Made by a program: the position numbers and the translations under genes
The notes under the pieces: generated by a model
Database searches by the model: none
What the model was told of the DNA's origin: nothing
What the model saw: only the letters and a program-made list of their open reading frames with translations
From: Thermoanaerobaculaceae bacterium
GTDB taxonomy: Bacteria; Acidobacteriota; Thermoanaerobaculia; Multivoradales; UBA5704
Length of the DNA stretch: 64,000 nt
Assembly: GCA_963778565.1 (NCBI GenBank)
Contig: CAVZUZ010000012.1
Coordinates: 1,400,827-1,464,826, forward strand
Direction of reading: 5' to 3'
In this document: positions 39,540 through 49,941 of the stretch, in pieces
How the letters are laid out: each line of letters begins with the position of its first letter
Numbering within the stretch: the stretch's first letter is position 1

Positions 39540-41910
39540 ATGGATCTTGGCTCCCTCATCGCCGCGGTAACCCTCCGGCGCGCCCCGGGCGCCGGAGGTC
39601 TGCGCGTCGCGGCGGCCATGCTCTCGTGGCTGTCGTTGACGGCCGGGCTGCTCGGCGGTTGCCGCGCGCGTTGCACGGTGACGTCGGCCGGCATCGGGCC
39701 GGAGCCCGGGCTCGATGGCGGCGTTCCCTACCTGGAGAGCCTGCGCCGCGCCGCCGAGGCCGAGGATCCGGCCGCCCGGGAGGCGTGGGATCGGGACCGG
39801 CGGGAGTACGCGACGTTCCGCCCGGCGCGTCTCGCGGAGCTGCGGACCCATCCTTACCTGCTGCAGTTTCCGCGGCTCACCGACGACCAGCGGCTCGGCC
39901 TGGACGCCTGGTTCCACTGGACCGGCGGCAACCAGCTCACCTGGCGCGACCTCGCCCAGCGCAGCGCCGGCAAGCTGGACCTGCTGCGGCTGCTCGACAA
40001 CAACCTGCTGGACCGCAACGAGCGCTTCGCGAGGTTCGGCCTGATCAACGATCCCGCCGCCCGGCCGCCGGAGCGCGATTCCGCGGGCCGCTGCCGCGTC
40101 GACGCGTACGGTCTGTGCCTCGACCGCGTCGCCGGCGATGCGCCGGCGACCGAGCGCTGGATGGGGCGCCCCTCGGGCATTCTCGGCGTGCGGCTGTTCG
40201 ACAACCCCGACTACCGGCCGGGAACCTGGAACGCGGCCACTCCCTTCCGGCCGGCGCCCGGTTGCCGGCCCGGCGCCCGGCAGGGCCGCGATCCGGCGGC
40301 CACGGCGCGCCAGAGTAACGCCGACTGCTACCAGCCGCCGTATCTGGTGGGCCTGAGCTGCGGCTTCTGCCACATCTCCTTCAACCCGGAGAACCCGCCG
40401 GCCGATCCGGCGCGGCCGGGCTGGGAGAACGTCGCGGGCCTGCTCGGCAACGTCTATTTCCAGGAGGGCCCGCTCTTCGCCTGGCTGCTGAACTTCGGCC
40501 AGGACGCCTTCTACACCGACTACCTGCTGGTCCAGCCGCCCGGCACCAGCGACACCTCGCGCATCGCCACCGACGATCTGGACAACCCCGGCGCCATCAA
40601 CGCGCTGTTCCAGGTGGGCGCCCGGCTCGCTGCGGCCGGGGACGCCGGGGACGAGGAGATGCCGAACGGCCGGCGCCAGCCGGTGCCCCACATCCTGAAG
40701 GACGGCGCCGACTCGGTGGGCCTGCCGCTGGCCGCCCTTCGCGTCTACGTCAACATCGGCATGCTCGGCAACTACTGGCTCAACCAGCACGACGCCTATC
40801 TGCTGCTGGGCGGGGCGCCGCGGCCGCAGGAGCCGTTCCGGGTCGAGCAGGCGATGCGGACGCCCGGCTACGACGGCACCTATTGGTGGAACCAGACCGA
40901 GCTGCGGGTGCCCGACCTGGCGGCGTTCTTCGCCAGCCAGGCGCCGGTGAAGCTGGCGCGGGCGCCCGGGGGTACGGCCTACATGACGGTGGACGCCGCC
41001 GCGCTGGAGCGCGGCAAGGTCGTCTTTGCCGATCACTGCGCCGGCTGTCACTCGAGCAAGCAGCCGTCCGCCGACCGCGAGCAGGATGCCGCGGCCTGGC
41101 GGGAGGAGATGCGCGCCATCGTGCTGCGGCCGGATTTCCTGGAGGGTAACCTTCTCGCCGACGACCGGCGCTATCCCGCGCCGCTGGTGGGGGTGAACCT
41201 CACCCGCAGCATGGCCACCAATGCCCTGGACGGCCACGTCTGGCAGGACTTCTCGTCGCTCACCTACCGCAACCAGCCGTCGCTGGGCGAGGTCGCGCTG
41301 CCGGACCCCTTCCGTTCCGGCGAGAGCCGCGAGCCTCTGCGCCCCGGCCGGCGGGCGCGGCTATTACCGCACCGCCTCGCTGGTCAGCCTGTGGGCCACC
41401 GCCCCCTTCTTCCACAACAACTCGCTCGGTCGTCCCATCCACGATCCCGGCGTCGCCGCGCGGCTGCGCGCCTTCACCGACGCCTCCGAGCAGCTCCTCT
41501 GGCCGGAGCGCCGGACCGATCCGCAAGGCCGGGTCGGCCCCTACGTCAAGCGGACCGGCGACCACGTCACCTGGCTGCCGCTGCCCGACGGCCTGCTCGT
41601 GCCGCTACCGCCGCGCTATCCGGTCAAAATGCTGGGCAACCTGCCGCTGCACGGGCTGGCGCAACGGCTGCCGGCCGGTCTCGCCAAGACCCTGCTCGGC
41701 GACGGCGGCGGCAAGCCGTCCCAGCGCAAGGAACGCATCCTTCGCCGGGTCCTCGGCAACGAGACCCTCCGCCTCCAGCTCAGGAAGCTCCTGCTGGACC
41801 TCAACGCGGCTCCCGATTTCGTCGAGAACAAGGGCCACGAGGCGTTCGTGGCGCGGATCGGCAGCGACGGGGACAAGCAGGCCCTGATCGAATTCATGAA
41901 GACCTTCTGA
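39540..41910 (+). CDS. di-heme c-type cytochrome, CCP/MauG-like or DUF1111-like (paralog A), apparent frameshift near 41330
   Basis: lipoprotein-like signal (LTAGLLGGC); CGFCH and CAGCH heme motifs; frame 0 runs to ...EVALPDPFRSGESREP then the frame of ORF 41221..41910 continues APAGGRGYYRTASLVSLWATAPFFHNNSLG...ALIEFMKTF, matching paralogs (GGGRGYIRPPSLVSVWATAPFLHNNELG). Confidence 0.7.
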
Positions 41911-41925
41911 GACAAGGAGTCACGC

Positions 41926-44817
41926 ATGGCGAGCAAGAAAAAGACCACCGCTGCCGTCGTCGTGTTGGTGATTGGCGCCCTGCTGCTGTTGTGGTGGTGC
42001 GGCCGGCCGGCCGAGGACGAGGCCATGGCGGCCGGCCTGACGGCGAAAGACTTCCATCAGGCGGAGGACGAGGCGGACTACTTCAAGGGCATGGACGACA
42101 GCGGCGAGTACAAGCAGAGCGAGGTGCGGGGCCGCAACACCTGGCTGGTCTGGGGCGGCGGCGACGAGGCCTTCTGGGACTGGCTGGCCAACAACAGCTT
42201 CGGCACCTTCGACCTGCTGAAGACGCTCTCCTCCTACCCTTGCTCGCCGGACCAGCAGAGACGGGCGGCGGAATACGAGAAGAAGTATCAGGCCGCCTGG
42301 GAGGCGGAGGGTTTCGGCGACACCTACGGCTCGTCCACCTACGGCTCGCCCGGCTACGGCAGCACCCCCGCTGGCGGCTACGGCCAACCCGGCTACGGAG
42401 AACCCGGCTACGGCCAGGCCGGCGCCCAGCCTGCCGCCAATTCCAGCCCGGCCGCCGGCGGCGATTACGCCAGCACGCCCGGCGACGACCAGTCCGGCGG
42501 CGATGGCGGCAATGCCCAGCCCGGCTACGTGCAGCCCGGCGCCCAGCCTGCCGGCAACTACAGCCCAGCCGGTGGCTACGGCCAAGCCGGCGGCGGTTAC
42601 GGCCAGCCCGGCGCCCAGCCTGCCGGCAATTACAGCCCGGCCGGCGGTTATGGCCAGGCCGGCGGCGGCTACAGCGACGGCAACAGCTATTACCCCTGGG
42701 ATGGGGTGTGCAAGGACAAGATCTGGCCCGCGCCCGGGAAGCCGGCCTACCGGTATTACAACCGCGACACCCGCTTCTGCTACCAGGGGCTGATCAACGA
42801 GCCCTATTTCGCCAAGCCCCAGGCGCCGGACGAGTTCGGCCTGTGCCTGGACCGCCGCATGCCGGGCACGCCCCCGGACCCCTTCGTGCAGTACTCGGCG
42901 ACGGACAGGAAGGGTCCCTACAAGGGGTACAAGAGGATGATGTACGGCTACCCGTCCGGCATCATGTCGCTGCGGCTCTTCCCCAATCCGGAGTTCAAGG
43001 GCAAGGCGAAGGAGCGGTGGATGGAGGCGATGAAGTCGGACCGCTTCTACCTCGATCCTTCGTTCTACAGCGACCGCAAGCTGATCCGGCCGTACCGGGT
43101 GGGCATGGCGTGCGCCTTCTGCCACGTGGCGCCGCACCCGATGCGCCCGCCCGCCGATCCCGAGAACCCGCAGATGAGCAACCTGTCGGCGAGCATCGGG
43201 GCGCAGTACTTCTGGTTCAGCCGCGTCTTCGGCGCCAACGTGACGTACGACAACTTCGTCTGGCACCTGCTCGACGCGCAGCGGCCGGGGACGGTGGACA
43301 CCTCGTTCATCCCGTCCGACAACCTGGTCAACTCGCGGCCGGTCAACGCCATCTTCCACCTTGGGGCACGGCTCGAAATCGGCAAGGCGCTCGCGCTGGA
43401 GCGGGCGGCCGGCGGCTCCCTGCGGCTGCCCGAGGTCAAGAAGTACAAGGACCAAGATTACGTCTTCGGCGTGCCCCACGTGCTCTGGGACGGCGGCGAC
43501 TCGGTGGGCATCGACGCCGCCCTGACGCGCGTCTACATCAACATCGGCGAGTATCACCAGGAGTGGATCCGCCACATCGGCGTCATCACCGGGTTCGGCA
43601 AGCAGTCGCCGATCACGGTCAAGTCGGCGCAGGCGAGATCGACCTACTGGAATTCCACACAGCAGCGCACCGCGGACCTGGCCTCCTACCTGGTCCGCGC
43701 CAGCCTCCCCATGCCGCTGACGCTGGCGCGGGGGCCGGGACAGCCTGCCGCGCCGCAGGGTCCCCAGGCGCAGACCGCCGCCGCGAGAGCGGCCCACATC
43801 GCGGCCCCGGACCGCGGCAAGGTGGTGTTCGCCGAGACCTGCGCCCGCTGTCATTCGAGCAAGTTGCCGCGGCAGCCGAAGCCGAAGAAGGGGCCCATGC
43901 TCGGCGACAAGGACTGCATCGGCGACAAGTACCTCGAGTGCTGGAACAACTACTGGAATTGGACGGGGACGGCGGCGTTCAAGCGCGAGATGACGCTGAT
44001 GGTGCGGGACCCGAACTTCACGGTGAACAATTACATGTCCAACGACGTCCGCGTCCCGGTCACCTACACCAAGACCGAGATCTGCAGCTCGATGGCCAGC
44101 AACGGCATCGCCGGGCACGTCTGGAGCGACTTCTCCTCGCAGAGCTACAAGGAGCTGCCGTCCGTGGGGCCGATCAACCTCAAGGAGCCGGTCACCGGCC
44201 AGGTCACGCAGTGGCCCACGCCGGGCGGCGGCCGCGGCTACATCCGGCCGCCGTCGCTGGTCTCGGTGTGGGCCACCGCGCCGTTCCTGCACAACAACGA
44301 GCTCGGCCAGTTCTCCGGCGATCCCTCGGTCCAGGGCCGCCTGAAGCTCTTCGACAATTCGATCCGGCAGATGCTGTGGCCCGGGTCGCGCCAGCCCTAC
44401 TATCACAAGACCACCGCCAAGACCGACGTCAAGGTCGTCGACACGGCGGTGCCCTGGATCCTGCGCGCGGGGGCCCGGCTGATCGGGCTGTCCCACGACG
44501 GCACGATACGGCTCGGTCCCGTCCCCAAGGGCACGCCGGTCAACCTGATCGGCAACCTCAACGCCGGCTTCAACGATCCGGCGGCGAGCCCCCTGAAGCT
44601 GGCCTCCAACCTGCTGGGCGTCGCCAGGGACCTCGGGCAGATCCGCAAGAAGCACATGCCGGACGACCAGGCCACGGCCGTGCTCACGCAGCAGATCCCG
44701 AGCCTGCTCGAGATCAGCGCCTGCCCGGACTTCATCGTCAACCGCGGGCACGAGTTCGGAAGCGAGCTGTCGGACCCGGACAAGGAAGCTCTGATCGCGT
44801 ACCTGAAGGCGCTGTAG
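41926..44817 (+). CDS. di-heme c-type cytochrome (paralog B) with N-terminal TM anchor and G/Y/Q-rich low-complexity domain
   Basis: 963 aa; CAFCH and CARCH motifs; GPYLHNG-type motif (WATAPFLHNNELG); C-terminal EALIAYLKAL shared with paralogs. Confidence 0.75.
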   Translation: MASKKKTTAAVVVLVIGALLLLWWCGRPAEDEAMAAGLTAKDFHQAEDEADYFKGMDDSGEYKQSEVRGRNTWLVWGGGDEAFWDWLANNSFGTFDLLKTLSSYPCSPDQQRRAAEYEKKYQAAWEAEGFGDTYGSSTYGSPGYGSTPAGGYGQPGYGEPGYGQAGAQPAANSSPAAGGDYASTPGDDQSGGDGGNAQPGYVQPGAQPAGNYSPAGGYGQAGGGYGQPGAQPAGNYSPAGGYGQAGGGYSDGNSYYPWDGVCKDKIWPAPGKPAYRYYNRDTRFCYQGLINEPYFAKPQAPDEFGLCLDRRMPGTPPDPFVQYSATDRKGPYKGYKRMMYGYPSGIMSLRLFPNPEFKGKAKERWMEAMKSDRFYLDPSFYSDRKLIRPYRVGMACAFCHVAPHPMRPPADPENPQMSNLSASIGAQYFWFSRVFGANVTYDNFVWHLLDAQRPGTVDTSFIPSDNLVNSRPVNAIFHLGARLEIGKALALERAAGGSLRLPEVKKYKDQDYVFGVPHVLWDGGDSVGIDAALTRVYINIGEYHQEWIRHIGVITGFGKQSPITVKSAQARSTYWNSTQQRTADLASYLVRASLPMPLTLARGPGQPAAPQGPQAQTAAARAAHIAAPDRGKVVFAETCARCHSSKLPRQPKPKKGPMLGDKDCIGDKYLECWNNYWNWTGTAAFKREMTLMVRDPNFTVNNYMSNDVRVPVTYTKTEICSSMASNGIAGHVWSDFSSQSYKELPSVGPINLKEPVTGQVTQWPTPGGGRGYIRPPSLVSVWATAPFLHNNELGQFSGDPSVQGRLKLFDNSIRQMLWPGSRQPYYHKTTAKTDVKVVDTAVPWILRAGARLIGLSHDGTIRLGPVPKGTPVNLIGNLNAGFNDPAASPLKLASNLLGVARDLGQIRKKHMPDDQATAVLTQQIPSLLEISACPDFIVNRGHEFGSELSDPDKEALIAYLKAL
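42310..42670 (+). repeat. coding low-complexity repeat region (GYGQ/PGAQPAGNYSPAGGYGQAGGGY repeats)
   Basis: repeated units GYGQPGAQPAGNYSPAGGYGQAGGGY occur at least twice with related degenerate units around them. Confidence 0.7.
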
Positions 44818-44837
44818 CGCACGGAGGGAGATGAGCC

Positions 44838-47800
44838 GTGGCGGAAGAGAGCTGGGAGTACATCGTCGTCGGCTCGGGGGCAGGAGGCGGCCCGGTGGCC
44901 GCGAACCTGGCCCGCGCGGGCTACCGGGTGCTGCTGCTGGAGGCCGGCGGCTCGCCCAACAGCTGGAACTACGACGTGCCGGCGTTCCATCCCGGCGCGT
45001 CGGAAGAGCCCGACATGTCCTGGGCGTACTACGTCCGGCATTACACCGACCAGGAGCAGCAGGAGCGGGACACCAAGTTCGTGGCGAAGAAGAACGGCAT
45101 CTTCTATCCCCGGGCCGGCACCCTGGGCGGCTGCACCGCCCACAACGCCATGGTCTTCCTCTATCCGAGCAACAGCGACTGGAACAACGTCGCCGAGCTG
45201 ATGCAGGACGACTCGTGGAAAGCCGGCAGGATGCGCCGCTACTTCGAGCGGCTGGAGCGCTGCGACTACCGTCCGGTCCAGCGCTTCATCCAGCGGCTGC
45301 TGGGATGGAACCCGAGCCGCCACGGCTTCAGCGGCTGGATGGCCAACAACCAGTCGGACCCCAAGCTGATGGAAGGCGACGACGAGCTGGAGAAGATCGT
45401 CATCGACTCGACGCTCAAAGTCCTTTTCGGCACCTTCAACCTCCGGCGGATCTTCAACCGCATCGTCACCGGCCTGCTCACCAAGCTCGACCCCAACACC
45501 TGGCTGCTGGTACGCAGGAACGCCGAGGGCGTGCGGCTGACGCCGATCTCGGTCAACGGCAGCTACCGCAACAGCTCCCGGGAGCGGCTCCTGGACACCA
45601 TGAAGGAGTTCCCCGACAAGCTCACGATCCGGACGGGGGCCCTGGCCACCCGCGTGCTGTTCGACGGCGAGATGCGCGCCGTCGGCGTCGAGTACCTCGA
45701 GGGCGAGCACCTCTACCTGGCCGACCCGCTGCACGATCCGGACAAGCCGGGCGTGCTGCGGCAGGCGCGGGCGTCGCGCGAGGTCATCCTCGCCGGCGGC
45801 GCGTTCAACTCCCCGCAACTGCTCCAGCTCTCGGGAATCGGCCCGGCCGAGCTGCTCGAGAAGCACGACATTCCGGTGCTGGTGGATCTCCCCGGCGTCG
45901 GCAAGCACCTCCAGGACCGCTACGAGACCTCGGTCGTGCTGGAGATGAAAAAGCCGTTCACGATCCTGAACGGCGCCACCCAGGTCCCTCCGCAGCCGGG
46001 CAAGCCGGTGGATCCCCAGTTCGTGCAGTGGCTGCAGGGCAAGGGCGTCTACACCACCAACGGCTCGGTCCTCGCCATCATCAAGAAGTCGGTGCCCTCC
46101 CGCCCGATCCCCGACCTCTACATCTTCGGCCTGCTGACCAACTTCTACGGCTACTTCCCGGGCTACGCGAAGGTCATCCAGGCGGCCCACTCTTTCTTCA
46201 CCTGGGCCATCCTCAAGGCCCACACCCTCAACACCGCCGGCCTGGTGGCCATCACCTCGAACGATCCGCGGGACGTGCCGTACATCAACTTCCATTACTT
46301 CAACGAGGGCAACGACACCAACGGCGACGATCTCGAGTCGGTGGTCCAGGGCATCCTGTACGCCCGCCAGATCGTCCGGGGCTACGCCCATCTGGTCAAG
46401 CGGGAGACGAAGCCCGGCAACGCCGTCCAGACCGTGGACCAGATCCGCGAATACGTGCGCAACGAGGCCTGGGGGCACCATGCCTCCTGCACCTGCGCCA
46501 TAGGACCGCGGAGCGACCCGGATGCGGTGCTCGACACCAACTTCCGCGTCTATGGAACCAAGAGCCTGAGGGTCGTCGACGCGTCGGCGTTCCCTCGCAT
46601 TCCCGGCATGTTCATTGTCTCGGCGATCTACATGATCGCCGAGAAGGCGAGCGACGTAATCCTGGCGGACGCCGAGCGCGGATCCGCCGGCAACCAGGGG
46701 AAAGAACCCATGAGCAACGACGATTCGGGCAAGACGAAAAAACGCGGGTGCCTGTGGTGGCTGCTGGCGATCGTGCTCCTGCTGGTCGTGGTGTGGGCGA
46801 TCTGCCGCTTCACCGCCGACCGGCCGGTCGACTACAGCTCCGACACCGATCACTTCAAGTACGGCTCGATCGGCAGCGAGCCCGGCGGCTCGCTGCTCAA
46901 TACCGTCGGCGGCCTGCTGCCGCCGGAGCCGATCTTCAAGGTGCTGCCGCAGGTCTGCTGGGACATGATCCCCCCGGGCGGCTACGCCTCCCTCGGGCTG
47001 TTGAGCGAAAAGGGGCACGAGCTGCCGATCGGCGTCTCGCAGCGGTTCCGCCTGGGCTTCGAGCAGGTGGGGCTCAACTGCGCGGTCTGCCACGCCGGCA
47101 CCGTGCGGGCGACGCCCCAGAGCCCGCCGCAGATCATCCTCGGCATGCCTTCGCAACAGCTCGCCCTGCAGGACTTCTTCCGCTTCGTCATCGACTGCAC
47201 GCTCGACCCGCGCTTCACCGCCGACAACCTGTTCGGCATCATGGAGCGGCAGGGGATCGAGCTCGGCGCGCTGAACAAGCTCCTCTACCGCGTGGCGGTG
47301 ATCCCGCAGACGCAGGCGAAGACGCTGGCGCTCCAGCGGCAGCTCCAGTTGCTGCTGAGCCCCGAGCTGACGCAGTGGGGCCGCGGCCGCGTGGACACCT
47401 TCAATCCCTACAAGGGGATGCAGTTCAACTGGCAGCTCCAGCGGCTGTCGCGCCAAGAGCTGACGGCGTCCTCGGACTTCCCGTCGATCTGGAACCAGGC
47501 GCCGCGGGAAAAGGCCAAGATGCACCTCCACTGGGACGGTGACAACGACTCGGTGGACGAGCGCAACCGCAGCGCCTCCCTGGGCGCCGGCGTGACGCCG
47601 GTCACCCTCGATTACGACCGCCTGAACCGGGTCAAGGACTGGATCATGGGGCTGCCGCCGCCGCCCTATCCGTTCGCCATCGACCCGGCGCGGGCGGCGC
47701 GCGGGCGCGCGGTCTACCGCGCCCAGTGCCAGGCGTGCCACGCCGACGACCAGTTCAAGAAAGGGATCATCAACGGCGCGCCGCGCGTCGGCCAGGTGGA

Positions 47801-48230
47801 GAACATCCGCGACATCGGCACGGATCCCTACCGCTTGAACTCCTACACCTACGTCTTCTCCCTCAACCAGTACCAGCTCTATCCGAACTCGAAGTTCCGC
47901 TTCACGCACTTCCGCAAGACCGACGGCTACTCCAACCATCCGCTGGACGGCATCTGGGCGCGCGGCCCCTACCTGCACAACGGCTCGGTGCCCACGCTGC
48001 GCGACCTGCTGGAGCCGCCGGAGGCGCGGCCGAAGGGCTTCTACCGCGGCTACGACGTGTTCGACCAGCAAAAGGTGGGCTTCCTCACCAACGTCGCCGC
48101 GGCCAACGGCCTGACGTTCACCTGGTTCGACACCACGCAGCCGGCCAACGGCAACGGCGGCCACGTCTACGGCGTCAACCTGTCGCCCGAGGACAAGGAC
48201 GCGATCGTCGAGTACATGAAGATGTTCTAG
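44838..48230 (+). CDS. GMC-family FAD oxidoreductase fused via a TM helix to a di-heme c-type cytochrome domain (paralog C)
   Basis: 1130 aa; N-terminal YIVVGSGAGGGPVAANLA and GGCTAHNAM GMC signatures, C-terminal GMC HHASCTCAIG; TM segment CLWWLLAIVLLLVVVWAIC; then CAVCHAG and CQACHAD plus GPYLHNGSVPTLRDLLEP and terminal IVEYMKMF as in paralogs. Confidence 0.8.
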   Translation: MAEESWEYIVVGSGAGGGPVAANLARAGYRVLLLEAGGSPNSWNYDVPAFHPGASEEPDMSWAYYVRHYTDQEQQERDTKFVAKKNGIFYPRAGTLGGCTAHNAMVFLYPSNSDWNNVAELMQDDSWKAGRMRRYFERLERCDYRPVQRFIQRLLGWNPSRHGFSGWMANNQSDPKLMEGDDELEKIVIDSTLKVLFGTFNLRRIFNRIVTGLLTKLDPNTWLLVRRNAEGVRLTPISVNGSYRNSSRERLLDTMKEFPDKLTIRTGALATRVLFDGEMRAVGVEYLEGEHLYLADPLHDPDKPGVLRQARASREVILAGGAFNSPQLLQLSGIGPAELLEKHDIPVLVDLPGVGKHLQDRYETSVVLEMKKPFTILNGATQVPPQPGKPVDPQFVQWLQGKGVYTTNGSVLAIIKKSVPSRPIPDLYIFGLLTNFYGYFPGYAKVIQAAHSFFTWAILKAHTLNTAGLVAITSNDPRDVPYINFHYFNEGNDTNGDDLESVVQGILYARQIVRGYAHLVKRETKPGNAVQTVDQIREYVRNEAWGHHASCTCAIGPRSDPDAVLDTNFRVYGTKSLRVVDASAFPRIPGMFIVSAIYMIAEKASDVILADAERGSAGNQGKEPMSNDDSGKTKKRGCLWWLLAIVLLLVVVWAICRFTADRPVDYSSDTDHFKYGSIGSEPGGSLLNTVGGLLPPEPIFKVLPQVCWDMIPPGGYASLGLLSEKGHELPIGVSQRFRLGFEQVGLNCAVCHAGTVRATPQSPPQIILGMPSQQLALQDFFRFVIDCTLDPRFTADNLFGIMERQGIELGALNKLLYRVAVIPQTQAKTLALQRQLQLLLSPELTQWGRGRVDTFNPYKGMQFNWQLQRLSRQELTASSDFPSIWNQAPREKAKMHLHWDGDNDSVDERNRSASLGAGVTPVTLDYDRLNRVKDWIMGLPPPPYPFAIDPARAARGRAVYRAQCQACHADDQFKKGIINGAPRVGQVENIRDIGTDPYRLNSYTYVFSLNQYQLYPNSKFRFTHFRKTDGYSNHPLDGIWARGPYLHNGSVPTLRDLLEPPEARPKGFYRGYDVFDQQKVGFLTNVAAANGLTFTWFDTTQPANGNGGHVYGVNLSPEDKDAIVEYMKMF

Positions 48231-48247
48231 TGCAGGAGGAACAAGGA

Positions 48248-49739
48248 ATGGCTACCAACCAGAAGACCCGGCGCGTCTGGATCCTGATCGTCGTCGTCGT
48301 CATCCTCGCCTTCTTGGGCTGGCTCGCGTGGTACTCGCTGTTCCGCGAGCCGCCGCAGAAACTGGCCAACGACTCCATCGAGGAGGCCTTCAAGTACGGC
48401 TCCATCTACGGCGAGAACGAAAACGGCGTGCCGTTCTGGATCTGGCTGATCCTGCCCAAGATGTTTCCCGAGTACCTGCCGGCGCCGGGCGGCTACGCCG
48501 AGCTGGGCTTCGCCTGGGAGCCGGGGCGCGAGATGCCGATCGGCTTCACCCGCAGGACCGTCGGCATCGAGCGGGTGGCCATCAACTGCGCCCTCTGCCA
48601 CGTCACCCGGCTGCGCAAGCAGGGCGAGGTGGTGCCCAGGCTGTACCTGGGCGGGCCGGGCCACACCAGTAACGTCCAGGGGTATCAACGGTTCCTGTCC
48701 GCCTGCGCCAGCGACCCCCGCTTCACCTCCGGCAACATCCTCAAGGCCATCGCCGCGGTCTACGAGATGCCGTGGTTCGAGCGGCAGCTCTACCGCTTCG
48801 TATACATACCGTTTACCCGCAAGGCGCTGCTCAAGCAGAAAGCGGACTACGAGTGGACCTTGAGCCGCCCGATCTGGGGGCGCGGCCGGGTCGATCCCTT
48901 CGGCCCGGCCAAGCTGGCAGTTTCTCGGCATCCCCCCGGGCAACGACATCGGCAACTCCGACATGCCGCCGGTCTGGGAAATGAGGCGTCGCGTCGAGAC
49001 CAACAGCGCCTTCCATTGGGACGGGCTCAACACCGACTTCACCGAGGTGGTCCGCGGCTCGGCGCTGGGCGACGGCACCGGCCGCGGGGTGATGTCCGAC
49101 GCTCTGCCGATGCTGGACCGGCTGGAGAAGTGGTTCCTGGACCTGAAGGCGCCGAAGTTCGAGAGCCTCTTCCCCGTGGACCGCGCCCTGGCCGCCGCCG
49201 GCGAGCCGATCTTCCGCCAGCAATGCGCCGACTGCCACGCCTTCGGCGGGCAGAAGACCGGCAAGCCGCTGCTGCTCGACGACGCGCTCTGGGGCGCCCA
49301 GCAGTTCCCCACCGCCCCGCGGCCGCTGTACACCGATCACCACCGCGTCGAGGAATGGGAGACGGCCGACGCCCAGGCGTTCAATGAATACAGCGACGGC
49401 TATCCCTGGCAGTGGACGCACTGGCGCGCCACCGGCGGCTACAACGCCGTGCCGCTGGTCGCCATCTGGATCCGGGGCCCCTACCTGCACAACGGCTCGG
49501 TTCCCTATCTGCCCGAGATGTTCGAGGTGCCCGAGAAGCGCACCAAGGTCTTCTACCGCGGCTTCGACGTGTACGATCCGGTGCGGGTGGGTTTCATTTC
49601 CGAAGGCGCGGAAGCGATGAAGTGGGGCACCCGGTACGACACGGCGGCGCCGGGCAACAGCAACCAGGGGCACCTGTGGGGCACGGACCTCGCGCCGGAG
49701 CAGAAGCGGGCGCTTCTCGAGTTCTTGAAAACCCTCTGA
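48248..49739 (+). CDS. di-heme c-type cytochrome (paralog D), apparent 1-bp deletion near 48925
   Basis: ATG 48248 after AGGAGG; N-terminal TM anchor; CALCHV heme motif; frame breaks after GRGRVDPFGPAKLA; ORF 48963..49739 frame continues GNDIGNSDMPP...CADCHAFGG...GPYLHNGSVPYL...ALLEFLKTL; about 85% identical to paralog E. Confidence 0.75.
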
Positions 49740-49941
49740 AGCTTCGGACATTTCCCTGCCAATCCGGGGGCGGCGCCGGCACGCGGCCGCCCCCTGAGCC
49801 CCGCCTCCGCTTCCTCCATTCCGGTGGTAGAATCGGCTCCCGGATCATCCAGACTACAAGACTGAATGACGCTGGCAGGACGACTTCGAGGGTCGTCTGG
49901 TCCATGAAGATGTTCCAAGTGGTGGCGGGAGGAATCAAGGA

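Noticed and set aside
38889-44834. 1981-aa ORF spanning the small membrane protein gene and cytochrome genes A and B
   Set aside because: This is a frame artefact of high GC content with few stop codons. The real genes are resolved by RBS/start codons, signal peptides and paralog alignment; large parts of this frame translate to R/G/P-rich non-protein sequence.
44403-48164. 1253-aa minus-strand ORF
   Set aside because: It is antisense to the GMC-cytochrome fusion gene and has no motifs.
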